Part shown: piece after piece, positions 39,709 through 54,192 of the stretch
Numbering within the stretch: the stretch's first letter is position 1
Layout of the letters: every line of letters begins with the position of its first letter
Assembly: GCA_965112735.1 (NCBI GenBank)
Contig: OZ218950.1
Coordinates: 1,302,001 to 1,366,000 of the forward strand
DNA: 64,000 nucleotides
Source of the DNA: Phaeosaccion multiseriatum
Taxonomy: Eukaryota > Protista > Ochrophyta, other classes
Reading direction: 5' to 3'
Program-made: the position numbers and the translations under genes
The notes under the pieces: generated by a model
The model's database searches: none
What the model was told of the DNA's origin: nothing
The model's input: the letters and a program-made list of their open reading frames with translations, nothing else

Positions 39709-42700
39709 CCTCACTTTTCGTTCCCTTCAGCACCACTAGAGGGCAAGAAACACGGGGAGAGTTGAGTGCGGATTTCTACCCAAAAAAAAAGAAAAAATCT
39801 TGAAATTTCACCGCATCAAGAAGGCGGCCGGCCCGGAAGGCGAGGAACTTTAAAAAGGGGTAGATGATACTCTACTCCCAAAATGATGAGAAAGTCACTA
39901 AGACAATGGTATATCGATGCAGGAGGAGGAGGGAACAGGCGTACCGGTGGACGAAGGAGAGGCCAAACAATCAGACGAAGGAGATACAGGGCAAGAGGAG
40001 AACGACGACGTGGCACTAGTCTCGGGTGCCAAGTCTCGAGCGGGCAGAGCGCTGAAGCGCCCAAGGATCAATTGGACATAAACCCCCCCTGCCACGCTAC
40101 GTGCCTAGCTACGTGCTCTACGAAGCGTGCGCACGAGTCGGCCCTGGACATGATTATCTGATTATTGATTGTGGCCGGCGCCAGCCAGCCTGATTATTGA
40201 TTATGGCCGGCGCCAGCGGACCTGATAATTGTTTTGGGGCTCACTTTTTTCCCCTTCAGCTTTGGATCATTCAGCTCTGCAGAGAAGATGGTAAGTCGGA
40301 CGTTGCCGTACAGCACATTCTCGAACTCGAGGGACTTGAACACCTTGAAAGAGTCATCCAGCTGAACATCGGCAAAGCACACGGCAATGGAGGGCGGGGA
40401 AGAGTGGAAAATGGGGTGAGGGCATGCAAGAGTGAAGGCCTCAGGAAAGGGACACACCAGCAGGCAGCATCCTCTGACTCTGGCTACGAGAATGATGAGC
40501 CCTCCTTGTTCCTCACCTGCAGCATGCGCCCCCAGATCATCTGTAGCCTGTAGAGCAGCTGCCGCTCCTTTCCGCGCACACACTTTAGAAGTAAAAAACC
40601 TGCACAATGCTCCAAAGCCTGGGACATAGATGCCCAGACTATCAGCAGTTATCGACTGTTGCTGCGGTTGCTGCGGTTGCTGCTACTGCTGCTACTGCTG
40701 CTGCTGCTGCTCCTGCTGCTGTGCTGCTGCCCCGTACTGCTGCTGCTCCTGCTGCTGTTGCTGCTGCCGACGCCTGCTGCTGCTGCCCCCCGCTGGTGCT
40801 GCCCCTGCCCCGTGCTGCTGCTGCGGCGTACCCAACCATCGAGTGTGCTCGACGCTGCCCCGCTTCCCTGCGACACGCCCTTGCTTTTGTTTCTGCTTCG
40901 GCCCCTTAGCCTCACCACGCCGCTTGAGTCGACCCCCTGTAGGCCCTAGAACTGTAGCTGGCTGTTTTTGGCTCAGGGAATGCGACTTCATTTCCTTCAT
41001 CATTTTCTCCGCGTCACCGATGCTGCCAGTTGATGCACCGTTCCGCACGAGAAGCAGGGCCGCTGAGGTTACAAGGGCCGTATTGCCTGGTCCTACCTCA
41101 ACGGGCAGCTCTGCAGTCACCCACTGGAAGCACACGTTCTCCTTGTACACTGTGGTCACGCGCGGGTCGTAGGAGTAGAAGGAGCTCGAGTACTCGTTTA
41201 CGGCTTTCTTCTGAGCGGCAAGATGGACGGGGATGGGGACAAGGAAGGAGGGCGAAGTGAGGAAGGAGAAGGGAAGAAAAGAGGCGAGGCGTGTTCATCC
41301 AGAACCCTAGAGAGTAGCGCAAATGAGACACAACCGAAGCACACGAACCTGCTCTTGTGATGTTTCCTTCTTTCTCTCCGCCTCGTTGTACTCCGCTTTC
41401 ATCCGTTTCTTCTCGTCCAATCGCTCTGTACACCGATGCCTTGCCCCCACCATAAAAAAGTCGTCCTCGAGGCTGTGGTATACACAGCCCGCTGCGGTGA
41501 CGTCCACCCATAAGCTTGCACACACTCTGACGATGCATGCGCAAAGAGGCCCCAGACAAACACGTCACGTTGGGCGTGCCCTCCCACTTCAGACTGGCGG
41601 CTTGGCGTCGAGGCCCTGTAGTAGGGAGTTTGCCAAGTAGGCAACCCTTCCTTTGGAACCTTTGCCGCCTCGAGTGCTACTTTGATGAACCATCTGCGCC
41701 GGTGGTCTATTGTTCCTCCAAAACCCTCCCCCACCACCACCCCCCCCCTCCTCGCCCGTGTTTCCATCCTCCTCGTCCTCATCCTCGTCCCTTCACCCCT
41801 GTCAGCACCAAAAAGACGTCCCATGGGAGCGAGAACAACAGGGAGAAGAAGTGTGATCAGGTAAGTACAGAAAGGGCGGCCCGAGAGTGGGCGGGATGGG
41901 GGTGGGGGGGGTGCGGGGGGTGGGCAAGAGCAGGCATCAAGAAGGAAGAGACGATACTCGAGAACGTACCGCTTAGACGTGCGACCAAGGGGCAGCGAGT
42001 AAAACCCTACGAAGTGGTCACCACTTGCACCATCTACCCTGTCTGCGCTCGAAGACATGTCACCACCCCCTTCTTTCTCTCCTCCATCTCCTTCTTTCGC
42101 TTCTCTTCCTGCTCCGCTGGGAGCAGCAAACCCTCATCAATTCCTTTCATTGCTGCACCAATCAACCGCAGCTTCTCAATTTCTTCCTGCGTGTGCCGGC
42201 CTCGTCCTCCTCAATCCTTGTAACCAGCTTCTATACCCGCCTTCTGGTTGCTCAAGTCCTGCTTAGCTGCCTGCAATTGTTTCCACTTCTCCTCCTGTGC
42301 CCTGGCGATCGTCACAAGCTCAGTCTCCAATGCTTCTTGAGTGCCAGGTTTCGAAGCGGCTGCTGGTTGTACCGCCGCAGCGGCTTCATCTGCCAGAGCA
42401 TATCCGTTGGCTCAAATCATGTCATCGGGCTCCTGCGGCCTTTCCACTAATTCTCTCAGAGCCCTGCGCGCCAGAAATATCTTCAGGACTGTCACACAGG
42501 TGATGCTGTTCCATCCTTATGTACTGCCCCGCCACAGCTTCTTCATCCTTCTCCATTTTTTGAGATGCGCCTCTGATGGCCAGATAGATGGTCAGCAATC
42601 AAAATCAAGAAATCAAGACACAGGAGGTTTCCGCGCCAAGAGGGCTCATCAAGATACTCAAATCCTCCCCCGTTCCTGTCTCCCGTTCTCCTCCCTCTGC

Positions 42701-42771
42701 TGCTTGCTGCTGTTGGTGCTGCTGCTAACAGAAAGGGCCTTCAGCTTGCTCTACCGATCGATATTGTTACC

Positions 42772-44079
42772 ATGCAGCGAGGAGTCAGTATCGAGGTAGG
42801 AGAGGGAAAAAAAGGGAAGGAAAGGAAGACACCTCCGAGGGGGGTGAGCGGACTCTATCTTTCCCTCTCCTCTCCTCTCAACCTCTTTTACCTCCTTCCC
42901 CCCTTTTTCTCTCTGCACTACCATCTTTCCCCGCTTGCCTTTGCCTCACAGGCTAATCGCCTGTATGAAGCCATTATCGGGGGGGACAGCGTCCAAAGGG
43001 TGCGAGCGGCCGCGAGGGCCCTCGTCGCCAAAAACGGAGGGAGGAAGGCATGCTTGGATGGGCCCCTCGATAACGAGCTGCGTCCTGCCCTGTACACAGC
43101 TGTATATGTGGGGAATGGGGACATAATTGCTCTTTTGCTGCAAGAGGGGGCGTCGCCGAATGTTGCAAGGCCTTCAAATGGCTGCACTGCACTGCTGCTC
43201 GCAGCTGAGCATGGGGATCCTGCTGCGGCACAGCAGCTGCTTTCAGCGGGTGCTAATCCCAACCACGTGGATGACAGAAATGTTTCCGGCTTCACCCCCT
43301 TGTTGATGGCCGCACAGCATGGGCACGACAGCGTGACGCAGCTGCTGCTCAACTCCGGGGCAGATGCGGATATGGTACACCGCGGCGGATGTTCTCCGCT
43401 TGCTATTGCGAGCCAGGAAGGGCATGGTATTGTGGTGGAGCAACTCATCAGAGCTGGTGCTGACGTCAACAAACGTAACCATGAAAAGAGGAGAACGGTG
43501 TTGATGCCAGCGTGCACCTACGGCCACCGAAGTATTGTACGAAAACTGCTCAGGGCTGGTGCCGAGGTGAATGCACTGAGTGGCGACGGGTTCGGAGCGA
43601 TACACTTGGCGTCTACAAATGGCCATGCTCGTGTCGTGGAGGAACTCGTCTCAGGAGGGGCCGATGTGGAGATGCCCAACAGTGAGGGCCTCACAGCTCT
43701 GTACATGGCTACTTATCTTGGCCACAGGGCAGTGATCCGTGAACTCTTGTCTGCGGGGGCTGATCCGGACAGGGGGGGCAATGTCAATGGGATGATGTCC
43801 TTGTTTGTTGCGGCAATGAAGGGTCACACTGGGGCGGTGATGGAGCTTCTCTCAGGAGGGGCCTCCCTGGCAAAGGCTCTGACTCAGGCACGAGGGAGTC
43901 ACGCTGTAACCTCAATCGAGCGCCTTCTGGCCGCGGACAGACAGCACTTTGCGTCACAAAGCGCTTTGGACCTGATGCGAGGCACTGACCCTCTCTTTCG
44001 CAAGGAAGGGAGGCTGAAGGTGTCCCAGAGAGAGCTTAGCCCTGAGGTGCTGCAGGAGGTGGCGGAGGAGATGGCATGA
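42772..44079 (+). CDS. Ankyrin-repeat protein (about 8 repeats); probable intron 42796-42951
   Basis: Repeated TPLxxAAxxGHxxVVxxLLxxGADVN-type units. GT...pyrimidine tract...CAG flank the non-ankyrin insert. Confidence 0.88.
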   Translation: MQRGVSIEVGEGKKGKERKTPPRGVSGLYLSLSSPLNLFYLLPPFFSLHYHLSPLAFASQANRLYEAIIGGDSVQRVRAAARALVAKNGGRKACLDGPLDNELRPALYTAVYVGNGDIIALLLQEGASPNVARPSNGCTALLLAAEHGDPAAAQQLLSAGANPNHVDDRNVSGFTPLLMAAQHGHDSVTQLLLNSGADADMVHRGGCSPLAIASQEGHGIVVEQLIRAGADVNKRNHEKRRTVLMPACTYGHRSIVRKLLRAGAEVNALSGDGFGAIHLASTNGHARVVEELVSGGADVEMPNSEGLTALYMATYLGHRAVIRELLSAGADPDRGGNVNGMMSLFVAAMKGHTGAVMELLSGGASLAKALTQARGSHAVTSIERLLAADRQHFASQSALDLMRGTDPLFRKEGRLKVSQRELSPEVLQEVAEEMA

Positions 44080-45103
44080 ACAGAGGAGTGCCTCTCACCG
44101 GCGGTGTGGAGTCGGCTTGGGAAAGGAGGACTGGTGCTGATCTGAGGGAGAGGACGAGGATGAGAAGGAAGGGGTGCGTGGGCGTAGGAGGTCAGCGTGA
44201 GGGGCTGGGGGGTAGGCTGTTCGCTACCACTCTCCAGGACGCAGTGTCTTTGTAACAAACAGGACCTAAGTTACGAAAAGAAGGAGAGACGGGAAAGAGC
44301 GCAGATTGGGAACCGTGATCGTGACTGACGTTTAACAAGGCAAAAAGTAGACAAAATATTCACAACGCTGGAACAAAACGAATCAATGCTTGGACTTGAC
44401 TGTCCTTGATTGGCGCCTCCCCGCCTCTCATCATCTCTCCCTCCATCTCTCTCTATCCACATCCCTCTTATCTCTCTTCTCTCTCTCTCTCTCTCTGCTG
44501 CTCCATAGAGAAGAACGCAACTTCCGGTGTGTCTCCCTCTCTCTCTCTCTCTCTCTCGCTCCATAAGAAGACAAGTTGACCATCGATCAGTGGAAGGCCG
44601 GCAAGTCTGTACGGCCTACTTTGGATGAGACAGGCGCCTACCACTTCCCCACCTGAGGTGACCAAGAGAGTGAACAATCACAAAGCAAGGCCATCACCAT
44701 GGCATGGAAGGGAAGAGAGGCGGCGAAAGAGAGGGGGGAGGGGGGAAGGGAGGGGGAGGAGAGAGAGAGGTGTGGGGAGAGGTAGCGCGAAGGAAAATCG
44801 AGCAGAACGGCAACGGCATTGGTGGGTGAGGGATCCGCGGCAGGATCGATTCAGCTCAACGCGCACAAGCAATCGCATCATGCAAACAATAACAAAACAC
44901 ACACACACACACACACACACATATCCACACACATATCCACATGCCCATGGGGCAAGAAGACGGCAGGGGTACTCGGTAAAGAGCAACGCAACACCACAGA
45001 ACAAACACATGGGCCCTCAGTACAACGCATCTGGATCATGCTTGCTCGTAACGTCGTGCTTCCCTTCCGTTTCCCTTCCTTTCCCTCCTCTCCCCTTCCT
45101 TGC

Positions 45104-45655
45104 TTACATTTGCGAAAGCAGCAGGCCTTTACGGTCATCGATTCGGCCCCGTCCTTCTCCTGCCGCTGCCCCTGCTGCCCCCGTCCCTGCCTTTGCCCCT
45201 GCCCATACTCCTCCTGCTGCTGCCGCTCCTGCCCCTCCGCCTGCCCCTCCTCCTGCCTCTTCTCCTGCCCTTGCTCCTGCCCTCCGATCTGATGTTCTTC
45301 TTGAGGTTGACGATGATAATGATAATGATGACGATGATGATGATGATGGTGGTGATGATGACAGCAGCGTGGGAAGGCTCTCCTCCAAGAAGTCCGTGGC
45401 TCGCATGTCTGAGTACTGTGCTCCCATCACCTCCGCTGCTGCCTCCGCCTCCACCTCCGCCTGCCCTGCACAAGCAGTGGCAGCGGCAGCGGCAGCGACA
45501 TTGGCGGCTTCTGTCTCTGCCTGTGTTGGTTCTTCGTCGTCATCCAAGTCGCTGCAATTTGTTGGAATCGTCTGAAGGAGGTCAGACAGATCCGTCCGGG
45601 CGACGCCGCGCTTCTCAAGAGGTGAGAAACACGCACACACACACAGAGAGAGAAG

Positions 45656-45695
<40 letters not shown>

Positions 45696-45994
45696 AGAGA
45701 GAGACAAGAGGGGGAGAGAGAGAGATAGACCGAGGACGAGAGGGAGGGAGAGGAGAGAGAGAGAGAGAGACAGAAAGATAGACAGGGAACAAGACAGAGG
45801 ACAGAGGGCAGAGAAAAGGAGGCGGAAGGGGGGGGGTGGGGTTGGTTCAGAGTGAAAGAGGCAAAGAGGGGCTTGGGGTGCAGGAGTCGAGAGGTGCGAC
45901 ACGAGGGGAAAGGAAAGGGCGAGAGCGACACCACCATACAAGAGACGTGGATGAGCATACGGGCATTGACTTGAGTGAGCCGGAGGGGAGGAAA

Positions 45995-46038
<44 letters not shown>

Positions 46039-46147
46039 ACATACAGGGGTCGTCTGCGTCTGTCTGTCTGCCTGTCTGTGTGTCTGTCTGTGTGTTTGTC
46101 GGTCTATATGTATGTATAGTTGCGTGTGTGTATGTCTGCCTTGGAAA

Positions 46148-46202
<55 letters not shown>

Positions 46203-49200
46203 CAGGGGTCGTCTGCGTCTGTCTGTCTGCCTGTCTGTGTGTTTGTCGGTCTGTATGTATGTATAGTTGCGTGTGTGTATGTCTGCCCTTCCTTGCGTAC
46301 CTGCTTCTTCTGCTCCTCTTCTTCCTGCCGTTGCCCTGCTAGCAGCTTCGACTCCATGCCGTCACGGTCCTGCATGAGAGAGAGAAGCGCGAAGAGAGAG
46401 AGAGACAGAGAGGGGGAGAGAGAGTGAGAGTGAGAGGCGGTGACAGAGAAGAGAGGCACGGGCAGAGAGAGAGGAAGAGAGTGGGAGGGAGACGGAGGGA
46501 GAGATGTGTGTGCCAGAGCGCCTGCCTGGACATGCCTCAGCAACACTACACACAATCACTACACTCAAGCACCTCCACACTCACGTATGCGTTGACAAGG
46601 CGGAAGGCTTCAAAGAACATGTTGATATCAATGCCCGTCTCCAAATCAAAGGGCTGAGAGGCGGCCTGCTGCTTGCCCTTCTTCTTGCCCCTCTGCCTGC
46701 CCGCCGACACGTTCATGAGCTCCAGAACGCGATGGAACTTGGTGAGCTTCTCGCTGGGGGGCAGCATGGTGTTGATCTGAGTGCAGGCTACTCGTTCCGT
46801 GTGTATTGCGTTTGTGTTTTTTGTGTGTAGTGTTGGGGAGGAGCAGCAGCAGCAGCAGCAGCAGCAGGAGGAGGAGGAGGAGAAAGGGTGAGGGAGGTGA
46901 GGGAGGTGATCTCCTTCGCCCTGCTTTGCTCTGCTCTGCTCCTTGCCTGTATGCCTCTACTCTACCCATATGCCTGCGCTCTGCCCCTGTACCTTGTCGG
47001 AAGTCGTTGTGACTGATGAGCCCATCTCCGTCCATGTCGAAGAAAAGGAACAGGGCGTTCAGCCTGACGCATTCCATGTAGAGGCATATCGGCAGAGGCA
47101 GGGGTGAGCGTACAGGTATATGGGCAGGCCGGTAGTAGACAGGCACGAGGAATGGTAGAGGCATAATAGACAGACAAGCACGGAGTGAGTTACAGCACGA
47201 CCCAGACAAGACGGACTGGGGAGGGGAGGGGAGGAGAGGAGAGAGGAGGGGAAGAGGCGGGATGGGGGCATTGAGACGAGGAGGAAGGTCCACTCTTGCC
47301 AAGCTTGGCAAGGGCAACCCGCAAAGATAACCATACACACACAAACATACGCAAACACACATACACATATACACATGCACACCCCTCCTTATCTTGTCTT
47401 TGCTTGTCCATATACTTCTGCAAACACACACGCACGCCCACCCCACACATGTGTACACAAACACAGACACACAGTTACACACGCACACACACACATATAC
47501 ATACACATCTGCATCACCAACATACACATATACACACACCTTTGCTTGTCGAGATAGAGTGCATCGAAGAAGGTGGCGGTGCCCTTTCCGTGCTCTGCGA
47601 GGGTCTTAAAGGTGCTTTGACAGTCATGCAGAAAGGCCTCGAAGTCAATCAACTCGTGGTTGGGGCCTAGGGAGGAGGGGGAGGGAGGAGGGAGGAGGCA
47701 GGAGGCAGGAGGGAGGAGGGGGAGGAGGGAGGGGGGAGGGAGAGGAGGAGGGAGGGGAAGGGAAGGAGGAGGGGAGGGGGGAGGAGGGAGGGGAAACGAA
47801 AGAGGGAGAGGGGTGGTGAGGGTGAGGGTGAAGGTGAGGGCGAAAGCTTTCGTTGCAGATGGCAACTACTCAATCATCCATCACTCAATGAATATTATGA
47901 ATCACCCACACACGCACACACCACGAGTTCAGTCCATTCTTCGCACGCACCGCGAATGTGCTCCTCTCGAGCGACAAGAGGGAGGAGAAGGAGCCATTGA
48001 GCACGGATACCGACCTTCGTCCATCACAGCACAGAAAAACAACGATGAGATGTAAGAGGGGGGGGGGGAAAGGGGAGGGGAGGGGAGGGAGCGAAAGGTG
48101 GTCAGGAAGTGGTGGAAAGTGGAAGCGACTTAAGGCAGGGGCTCGCCAATGGAGTCCTTGCCCTTTTCCTTGAAGTGGAGGCCACCCCCCGCACTCACTC
48201 ATTCAAATCAAGTCACTCACTCACTCACTCACTCACTCACTCATTCACTCACTCCTTCTTTTACTCATTCACTCAATCACTCAATAACTCACTCACTCAC
48301 CCACTCACTCACTCACTCACTCACTCACCACTTCATTCATGACTTCAGCCCACTTGATTTTGCTGATACATCCCTTGAGGGGTGGTGTACCGCCCCCACT
48401 GCCCCCACCGCCGCCGCCCTCGCTCTCGCTACTAACGACCGCGCTTCCCTTCACTAAGCCGCCGCCGCCGCCGCCGCTGCTGCTGCTGCTGCTTCTGCTG
48501 CTGTTCTTCGCTTCGCCGATGGCAGCGGATGTCTCTTGGTCTTGCGGCTGGACGGCAGTGGATGCCTCTTGCTCCTGCTGCTCGACGTCCATGAAGGCCT
48601 TGCGAAGGGCCATCTTCTTTCGCAGAATGAGACCGGCCAGAGTGAGTTCGTTCTTCGCCACCAAGTCTCCCTACCGTATGATACCATCCATTGCCATCCA
48701 CGGTAAGTAGACCATCCATTGCCATCCATTGCCATCCATTGCCATCCATGGGAGGGTGTGTGTACCGTCCATTGCCATCCATGGTCGGAAATCGCCACCG
48801 AGCGTGAGGAGGAACATCACAACACAAACAAATGTACATACATGCACACATACGTGAGAAAACAAACGCCACAAGAGAAGATGCAGTCCTACAGGAGAAA
48901 TATATGTGTGTTCCCCTCTCCCCCTCCCCCCCCTTCCTTCCATCCCTCCATGCATCCGTCCATCCACTTTGGTGTTTGCTCCCCTCTCCCCACCCCCCTT
49001 CGTCCATCCATCCATCCGATCTGTTTGCTTGTCCACCTGTCTGCCTGCCTGGCACCAACACCAACACGCACACACGCACACAAACACACACAAACACACA
49101 CGCACACACACACACAAACACACACACCACACACACAACGCACACAACACACACGCACGCACACACACGCACCCGCACGCCAAAAGTGGTCGTAAACTGC

Positions 49201-50499
49201 TGCACATCGTAATACATCACTCTCGAGGCTTTGGGATTCACCGTCTAGGGAGGAAGGGAGGGAGAGGAGGGAGGGAGGGAGGGAGGAAGGGAGCGGAGGG
49301 AGGAAGGGAGCGGAGGGAGGGAGTGGGTGAGTGGGGGAAGGTAAGAATGCAAGCGGGAGTGGGCACAAGAAGTGGGAGAGGGAAGGAGGGTATATGGAAA
49401 AGAACGAGGCATCCCGTCATCCACTGCCATCCCCCTCCCCACCCCCACCCAGGCAATCCTACCTACTCCCTACCTGACTCTCTGGGCCCTTGGTCCAGGT
49501 GAGAGAGACGGTGGCTGCCTCATTGCCACTCATGCAGTAGTTACTCGCGCTAAACACCGTGCACAGCAGCCCGCCAAAGTGCTTGAGAAAGCCCTGGGGC
49601 ACGCACTCGTGACTTCGAAATACAATGTCGAGCTTGTTCGTCTTGAGAAAGTCGCGACAGTGCTCCTTGCCGAAGAGAACTCCGGCGCCTCTGCTGTTGG
49701 AGGTGAGCTCTGATCGGTCCCATGGGTCACTCCACAGGCATCCCTGGGGTGGGGTGGGGTGGGGTGGGGAGGGGGGGAGGAAGAGGGGGTGGGGGAGAGG
49801 GGGGGCGAGGGAGGGGTGGGAGAGAGAGAGGAGAGAATGAGAAAGAGAGAGAGAGGGAGAGACAAGAGGCAAAAGGTGAATAAAGGAGAGACAGAGAGGG
49901 TTACACAGAGCGATGGAAGGGGGGGAGGGAGAGAGCGAGAGCTAGAGAGGCCTAAAGAGAGAGAGAGATATATAGAGAGAGAGGGGGGGGGGGGGGGAGA
50001 GACGGAGAGAGAGAGAGAGAGAGAGAGAGCGAGACACACAGAGAGAGCGAGAGGAGATAGAGAGGGCTAAAGAGAGAGAGACAGAGAGACACACACACAC
50101 AGAGAGAGCGACAGGCATCAAGATAGAGGAGGAGAGAAAGAGCATGAGAGAGCGAGAGAGGAGGAGGAGGAGGAGGAGAGAAACAGACACACAGACAGAT
50201 AGACAATGAGACAACGACAGAGAGGGAAGCCGCTCACCCGCATGAGCTCTAGCGCTTCCTCCTTGCTCCTCCCCGGGGCGGAGGCAAGGTTGGAGATGTC
50301 CTTCTGAGGGGCGAAGGCTTGGCGGGGGATGTTCGAGAGCTTGGCCAGGGTCACGCCCCTCTGATGGAACATGCGTGAGGAGCCACACACGCACGGACGG
50401 ACGGATGTATGGACGGATGGACAGACACACGGAGAGACGGAGACGCATGTACGTACACAGCACATCGATGAACATACACACACAGAGAGAGCGAGAAAG

Positions 50500-50550
<51 letters not shown>

Positions 50551-52173
50551 GAGAGAGAGGGAGAGAGAGAGGAGGGGGAGAAAAGAGAAGCAGGAGGTCA
50601 GAAACTACAGGGCTCATGGGAGAGAGTGGAGGGAAGGGGAAGGGAAAGGGGGTGACTTTGGCACTCACATTGACACTCACAATGACACAATGACACTGAA
50701 ACTCACATTCACACCAACGCTGACACCTGACACTCACACTGACGAATGACAGGTGAAACTGACACTGACACACTGACGGCTGAAACTGACACTGACACAC
50801 TGGACACCTGAAACTGACACTGACATACTGACAGCTGAAATCTCAAACTAAATGAAAACTGACCTGCGCGCAGAGCCCTCCATGCACGACGAAGGCCTTG
50901 CCCTGCACCACCGTAGCGATGGGCAAGTGTTTGAAGCACTCCACGAACATGCTGAATGTCACGTCATCGTACTTGCGACGCACCTCGGCTTGGAAACCCT
51001 GGTGGGGTGAGAGAAGGGAGGGAGGGAGGGAGGGAGGGAGGGAGGGAGGGAGGGAGGGAGGGAGGGAGGGAGGGAGGGAGGTGAGGGAGGTGAGGGAGGG
51101 AAGAGAGGAAACGACAGGACAGGAGGGCAAGCCAGGAGGCACACGCTTTAGGCACTCACGCACATACACACGCACGCAGCGACGCACTCCCTATCTCACT
51201 CATCCCTCATTAACTCCCTCTCACTCACTCACTCCCTCACTCACTCCCGATCTCACTCACTCCTTCACTCACTCCCTCCCTCCCTCACTCACTCACTCAC
51301 TCACTTCCTCACTCACTCACTTCCTCACTCACTCACTCCCTCGCTCACTCCCTCGCTCATTCCCTCACTCACATATGCGCAGCACACGTAGAAGTCCTCG
51401 TGGTTTCCGCGGTTGAGGAAGACATCATTTGGGTAGGCGACGGCAAAGGCGAAGAGAATGAGAATCACCTCCACCCCCTGAGGCCCTCGGTCCACAAAGT
51501 CTCCGTTGAAGATGAAGCGGTTAGTGGAGGAGGGGTAGCCCTGACCATGACGTGGTGGATGGTGGTGGTGTGTGGATGATGAAGCAGTTGGAGATACACG
51601 GCAGGCAGGTGGTTCGGTGATGGTACGGTTGGTGGAGGGCGAGGGAAGGGAGAGGGGGAGAGAAGAGAGACAAGGGAAGAGAAGGCGTGATGTGTAATGG
51701 GAATCAGGGGTACGAGCCTAAGGGGTTGCGGGGGGAAGGGATGAAGACTCCTCCCTCCCTCCCCCGTCTCCCTATCTCTCTCTGTCTGTCTCCCTCTCTC
51801 TCTCCCTCGCTCCCTCCCTCCCTCCCTCCCTGTCTCTCGCCCTCCCTCCCTCCTTCCCTCCCTCTCTCTCCCTCCCCTCCCCCCACGCCCAACACCCTAA
51901 CACACTCAAACTCAAACTCACGAGATTTCTGAGCAGGGCATACAGATCCGCCAGCTGCCCGTGCAGATCACCAACAATATGCACCTTGCCCCCCTCGGGT
52001 ATGTCCACGTGCCGAATGTTGGGCAGGGCCTTGGCGTGCTTGAACAAGTCCCTGAGTACCCGGTGGCAGGACTTGGAACTCAAACTGCCGCCCTGGCGAA
52101 GGGCCTGTTCGTTTTGTTTTGTGTTGTTGTTTGTACATAGTGTTTTGTTTGTCGTGAGCGTGGGTCGTGGTGG

Positions 52174-52212
<39 letters not shown>

Positions 52213-54155
52213 TGAAGAGAAGGAGAGAGGCAAGAAACAGAAACGCTCTCCTCCTCCTCCTCCTCCTTCCCTCTTCCCCTCCTCCTCCTCCTCCTCCTCC
52301 TCCTCCTACTCCTACTCCTACTTCCCCTCCTCCTCCCCCTCCTCCTCCCCCTCCTCCCTCCCCCTCCTCCCTCCTCCTCCTCTCTCTCACCTCAAGAATA
52401 CTGAGGGCAGACTCCTCTCCGATGGGGCCCCTGGGCAGTTTGTACTCCATCCCTGATGCCCCCTGCTCATCCTGAATAGTAATGTCCCGCACCTGATGCG
52501 CCAAATCGTGTAACGGATCGTCGCCATCTGTGTCGTCCATCCCCCCCGAGGGACTCATCAGGCCCCCTCTTCCTCCCCCTGGTGCTGTTGCTCCTCCTCC
52601 TCCTCCTCCTGCTGCTGCTGCTATCCCTCCTCCTCCTCCTCCTCCTCCTCCTCCTTCTCCTCCTCCTTCCTTCCCGTCCTTTCTATTGAGCTCGGTTTGA
52701 GCGCGCAGTCCCGCCGCGTCCACGGAGATGATTTTCTGTGTTATATACGTATGTGTGTGTGCACGGGATAAGTGAGGGGGACGCGCACACACACGCACGT
52801 ACACGCACACACACACACACACGCGCGCGCACGCACCTGCAGGAATTTGGCCACGTCCATCATCTCCTTATCCTCCTCCGTGTCCAACTGAGCGAAGATC
52901 TGCGGCATGCACAAACACACACACGCACGCACGCGCGCACACACACATGTACACGAACACACAGACACACACACACACACACACACACATACACACACAC
53001 GCACACACAAGAGAGAGAAAGAGAGAGAGAGGCAGGTAAGGGCATGATGCGGACAGATGTGATGTACGCCACGCCTCTTCGGAACAGCGGAACATCACAA
53101 CCACGGAGTCCCTCTGTGGACAGCATCACATCACAACTACAGAGTCCCCAAAAGTATGCTGTCCCAGCTGGGCCCCGCCGAGCTATTGCAGGTAGGCAGC
53201 TCCCCCTCCCCCGTCCCCCATCCCCCATCCCCCACCCACTGACTTAGTACACACCTGCCATTGATGCTGGCGCCGGGTCATCAGGGCGGCCGTTCGGGCC
53301 CTCATATGCTTCTGAATGGTAACCACGGCCTCCTCATGGCCTGCCTCGTAGGCGAAGCGAGGCCTCTTCAGGAATTCCATACGCGTTACAGAAAGCGTCC
53401 CTGGGCCTTCACCAATGCCTCCTGTGGTGCCTGAGCCTATACCTCCTCCTCCTCCTCCTCCTCCTCCTCCTCCCATTTCTATCAGGTTTCCAACGCCGCC
53501 GCCGCCATTTTTCCGCTTATTCCGCCTCCCACCCGCTCCGAACCCAGCTACATCTCCTCCTCCAAAGGGCCGGCCCCCTCCCTCACTCCCCAAGTGAGCA
53601 TCATCATCATCATCATCCAAGTCTCGGTAGTCGTCATCTGTTGCTATGTGTGTGGGTGTGCGTGCGCCTGCCGCAACCGGAATACTCGTCCCTACAACGA
53701 CTTCGCTTCTCGCCTTGCCCAATGCATCTTTGTTAAGCCGCCATTGCTGAGGACTGCTCTCACCCACATTAAAGTGGTAGATGCGAGAGCTCCCGAAGCG
53801 CGAATTGGACCGTTTCACGGCGGCTTTGCTGCTGCTGCTGCTGTTCTCTTTCCCGTCCCTGACCCCCTCTTCACCCCCTCTGCCTCCGTCTCCACCTCCC
53901 TCTCCCCCTTCCTGTCCCGTGTCTAAATCATCTCTGTGCTGCCGAAAGGACGACCGATGCGGGGGGGGCACCGTCTCTCCACGGGCGGCACCAGCACCAT
54001 CACTATCCCCTGCGCCATAACTTTGGTCAATGGTCGCACTCGGGCGAAGCGCCGCCGCCACCGCCGATGCCGCAGCTGCTGTTGTCTGCGGCTTGCTGTT
54101 GCCTGACGAAAAGAGCCTTCGCACCTTCGACGTACTCCCTTCTCCTCCACTCCTC

Positions 54156-54192
<37 letters not shown>

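Noticed and set aside
1612-39714. Treating the long minus-strand ORFs as several separate PKS genes
   Set aside because: Their ends fall at GT-AG junctions that rejoin split KS/AT domains in frame; they are exons of one gene.
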